DNA of 64,000 bases from assembly GCA_021613535.1 (NCBI GenBank), contig CP075494.1, positions 5,022,001 through 5,086,000 on the forward strand. The letters are read 5' to 3'. Positions 60,868 through 64,000 of this stretch are shown piece after piece. The stretch comes from Adineta vaga. Taxonomy: Eukaryota > Animalia > Rotifera. A program made the translations under genes and the position numbers. The notes under the pieces are model-generated. The model was not told the DNA's origin. It searched no databases and saw nothing but the letters and a program-made list of their open reading frames with translations. Each line of letters begins with the position of its first letter. The stretch's first letter is position 1.

Positions 60868-61737
60868 ATACTTCAATAAATATTAAGACGAGGGTCTGAA
60901 TTTGAAAGTACAGAAAGACTTTGGTTTGACTAATTCACCATTTTTGTAGAAAGAACGTGCTTTAGGTGACTAGAAAAACAGAACAATAGAACATGAGAGA
61001 AGCTATAATTAAGTTATGTTTTCATTTGGTTAAACTACAGACAAGAGCATGTTTTTGGTTGGTTGAGAAATAAATATAAATTCTTAGTTTTCCCTTTTGT
61101 TCAGATTTGCAAACATATCAAAGTCTCTCTTCTGGTTGAAGTTGATATTTGTGTGTGAACGTATGGCTGCGCGTAAGGATGTGAGTAAGTGTGTAGCTGT
61201 ATGTATGGGTACCTGCTGATTTGATTATTCCCAGAAATCATAGGAAAGAGAGAGTGTAAATAAAAGACTAGACGGAAACTATCGGAGATCATTGAGTTTG
61301 ACTGGTTTGGGATTTAGTTAATTTTTATAAAACGCTTTCACAAACACTTTAGAGGGGTTTGGGAAAAGGTTTTTAACCAGTTTAAAAACACTAAGAAGGG
61401 TATATTTTTCGTTTCTTCCGATGTTTTTGTAGGCGTTGCTTTCGTGGATATAGCTACTGTTAGTTCTTTTTTTTGTCGTTTCTCTTAGTTCAGCTGACAT
61501 TGCTGATTTTCGTGAAGCTATTGTGACTGTTGTTAGTTCTTTTTCATTTGTTCTTCTTGTTGCTAACTCTCTTGATGTTGTTGCTCTCATTCTATTAATA
61601 TATACGATATTCAATATCAAACATATATATTTCAATGTTGTTATTCATTTTATTTATTCTTTTCTCTTTTCGTTTTATATCTTCTCATACAATATTAAAC
61701 TAAAAAAGACATGGTTTTTCAAAAAAAGTTAAGTTTA

Positions 61738-63073
61738 TCAGCTGAGTTGAAACCGTTGTACTCTGTTGTTATTCATATCCGAAACATAAAGGAACGTTTC
61801 ATTTGCGTCTAACTTCAAGTCGAATGGAGTGTCAAGAAGAACGGCTGTGTTTCCAGCTGTGCCATTCATACTACCAGCGATGAGAATGCCTTCGATAGCA
61901 TTCACCTTCCAACAAACAATTCGATGATTGCCACCATCTGCAATATAGAGAGAACCATCTTTGCGTGAAACTATTACACTAGTAGGTGAATTTAGTTGAT
62001 TTAAAGCTGACCCAGCTCCATTACCGCCTGCTACAGTCACTCCAACAGTGCTATTTGTATTCAAGAAAACTTTCTGAATTCGATGATTATACATGTCGGC
62101 CACATACAATACGGAATTGATTTCATCAAGAGCAATTCCATAAGGATCAGATAGTTGAGTACTATCATTACCAGCTAGTCCCGTACCTGCTACACGAATG
62201 CTTGTATTCGCGTCTGGTCCATTCCATTTGAGAACATGCTGACAGAACTTGGATGTAATATAGACACTTCCTTTACTGTCAACTGCAATACCTGTTGTAC
62301 TAACAAGTTTGTTGAGATCACAGCCTACACTGTTATTCATCTTAGGTATTGTGAGATCTTGTGGATGAATAATTACTTTATGTAAATTGTGATCTGACAC
62401 GTATATAGTGGATGTATTTGCATCGGCATAGAGAAATTCCGCAAAGTTCAATATTGGACTAGATACGACAGTCCAATCGGAGGAAAAACCTAAAGGGAAT
62501 GCTTGCACTCGGACATTATACGTGTCCGCCACATATAAAGTACCGTTATCAGTTATAAATAGTCCATGTGGAGAGTTCAAGCCCGTCGTTCCACTTCCAA
62601 CGTATCCGTTACTATTGCCAGCGACAGTTATTCCAACTATAGGTGCAAAAACTGAGAAAAGAAAAAATAATCCATTAGAAACTGAACTGCATATAGACGA
62701 AGTTAGAGAACTTACTAGTGCTGGTCATTATTGACATTTCAGTAGTTACACTTGAGAGTAGTCCAGCTGAAGAATTTTGAAAGAAAAACGAGCCAGTATG
62801 TGTTACTTCAAGATGACCATCACTCGAAGGATACTTGCTTATTAACTGACATGTATCATTATTCATCATACAGTTCCATCCAATAGCATCAGCTATTAGA
62901 GCAGTACATCCACATTGAGCACATGTCATATTTGAGAATGTATTGATAATATCTCCTGTCATGAAAAATGCATTCGAAATCATATTAATACGAATCGATA
63001 AGACATTGTTGAATATGAATAACAATACAATATTGGTGTATAATACGTAATACACGGAGACGATAGAAGCCAT
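61738..63073 (-). CDS. Secreted or membrane-anchored NHL-repeat protein with an N-terminal PAN/apple-like Cys domain
   Basis: Exon 63073..62716, intron 62715..62652, exon 62651..61738; TCAQCGC...WNC...TCQL; NHL repeats (LYVADTYNVRVQ, LYVADMYNHRIQK, LYIADGGNHRIV). Confidence 0.88.
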
Positions 63074-64000
63074 TGCTTGAACTTTGTAAAAGAATTAGTA
63101 TCTAGAATAAGATGAACATTTATATAATTGAATAGAAGCTCGGTATTGTAATTAAAAATATGACTACACTTATGTGCGAATGATAAATGAAACACTTGCG
63201 TAGTTACATATGATGCTTTGAATTCAGATAGTAATGATGATTGAATTGCAACTTACTGTGAATAAAATTTTTCGGAAATGTCTCCAATTGAGCTTGATCT
63301 GATCTTTGTATATTTTGAGGTGAACATTGAAGAGAAGAAAAACTGAAGAACAAATGTCCTTTTAAAACTTTTCTTTTCAATTTATTTTTCAAGATTCTTT
63401 TCTCTTGAGTGAAAATATAGAATAGTTATTCATATAATTGATAGAAGAACACTTCGTTTTTTGAAAAGATATAATGGAAAACTCATTAGCAAAGTATCAA
63501 TAGAAAAAATTCATCTGAACGAGTACCCAAAAGATTTTCATAACAATGGTTTCTGTTTTTCTGCTTTTGTAGAACATGGATATTTCTATTCTGATTATTC
63601 TGTTTCTTTTGTTGTGTACTTTGAGAACAATTCAGGTCTGTCATCAAAAAGTAATGACAAACTCACTAGTTGATCACAACTAGTCCAGTATAGAATTATA
63701 TCGAAAATAATCTAGAAGAGAGTAACTGTGTCAGTATGGTTTAATCATATTAGTTTCATAGGTTATTAGTTTGAAAAAGAAAAAGTGATGTCTATGACCA
63801 ACGTAATTACCATATTGCAATCTTTGAAGCTGATACAATCAAATGTTGTACGTAAGATTGATTGCTCTGTGAATATACGACATAAATAAAAAGAATAGCT
63901 GAACTATAAGTACTTTTTTTCTAAATTCACAATGACGTTGAATTATTTTCTGCACGTATTTAAATATTAATCTAAATGTTTTTTTTTCTTTTTCTATCTT

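Noticed and set aside
61318-61732. Overlapping 105-aa and 69-aa ORFs
   Set aside because: Low-complexity sequence with non-ATG starts and no domain or splice support.
85-63673. Remaining 60-130 aa ORFs overlapping annotated genes or lying in AT-rich spacers
   Set aside because: Alternative-frame or antisense by-products with I/F/L/K-biased composition, as expected by chance in AT-rich DNA.
1-64000. Bacterial contig or contamination, given the many bacterial-type genes
   Set aside because: GT-AG introns occur inside KUP, the sirtuin, the glucosyltransferase and M28; polyA signals are present; there are no operons; metazoan-specific genes are interleaved.

Overview
AT-rich eukaryotic (metazoan) genomic DNA with short GT-AG introns, mostly 50-70 nt. 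Gene content (orphan class A GPCRs, NHL-repeat and TPR proteins, a divergent nuclear receptor, many non-metazoan-type enzymes) plus a (CCCACA)n/(TGTGGG)n tract point to a bdelloid rotifer, probably Adineta; this is inference, not a database result. About 30 genes or gene relics are present. Candidate horizontally acquired genes: sterol glucosyltransferase, CadD, KUP, CobB-type sirtuin, RimJ-type GNAT, two beta-helix proteins, DKNYY, UbiA-type enzyme, sulfotransferase, M28 peptidase. About nine loci carry stops or frameshifts. Most notable: (1) a ~1.88 kb near-identical tract inside two otherwise diverged paralogues 14.8 kb apart (gene conversion or assembly collapse); (2) a bacterial-type sirtuin with an added exon resembling a mitochondrial presequence; (3) an interstitial telomere-type repeat; (4) a modular NHL + 4x beta-sandwich + 7TM receptor built from phase-1 exons; (5) a UbiA enzyme resembling fungal terpene cyclases; (6) two small genes missed by the ORF track; (7) a head-to-head, co-decayed AAA ATPase / coiled-coil pair. 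No rRNA, tRNA, CRISPR array or intact transposase was recognised. All family assignments come from motif recognition by eye.
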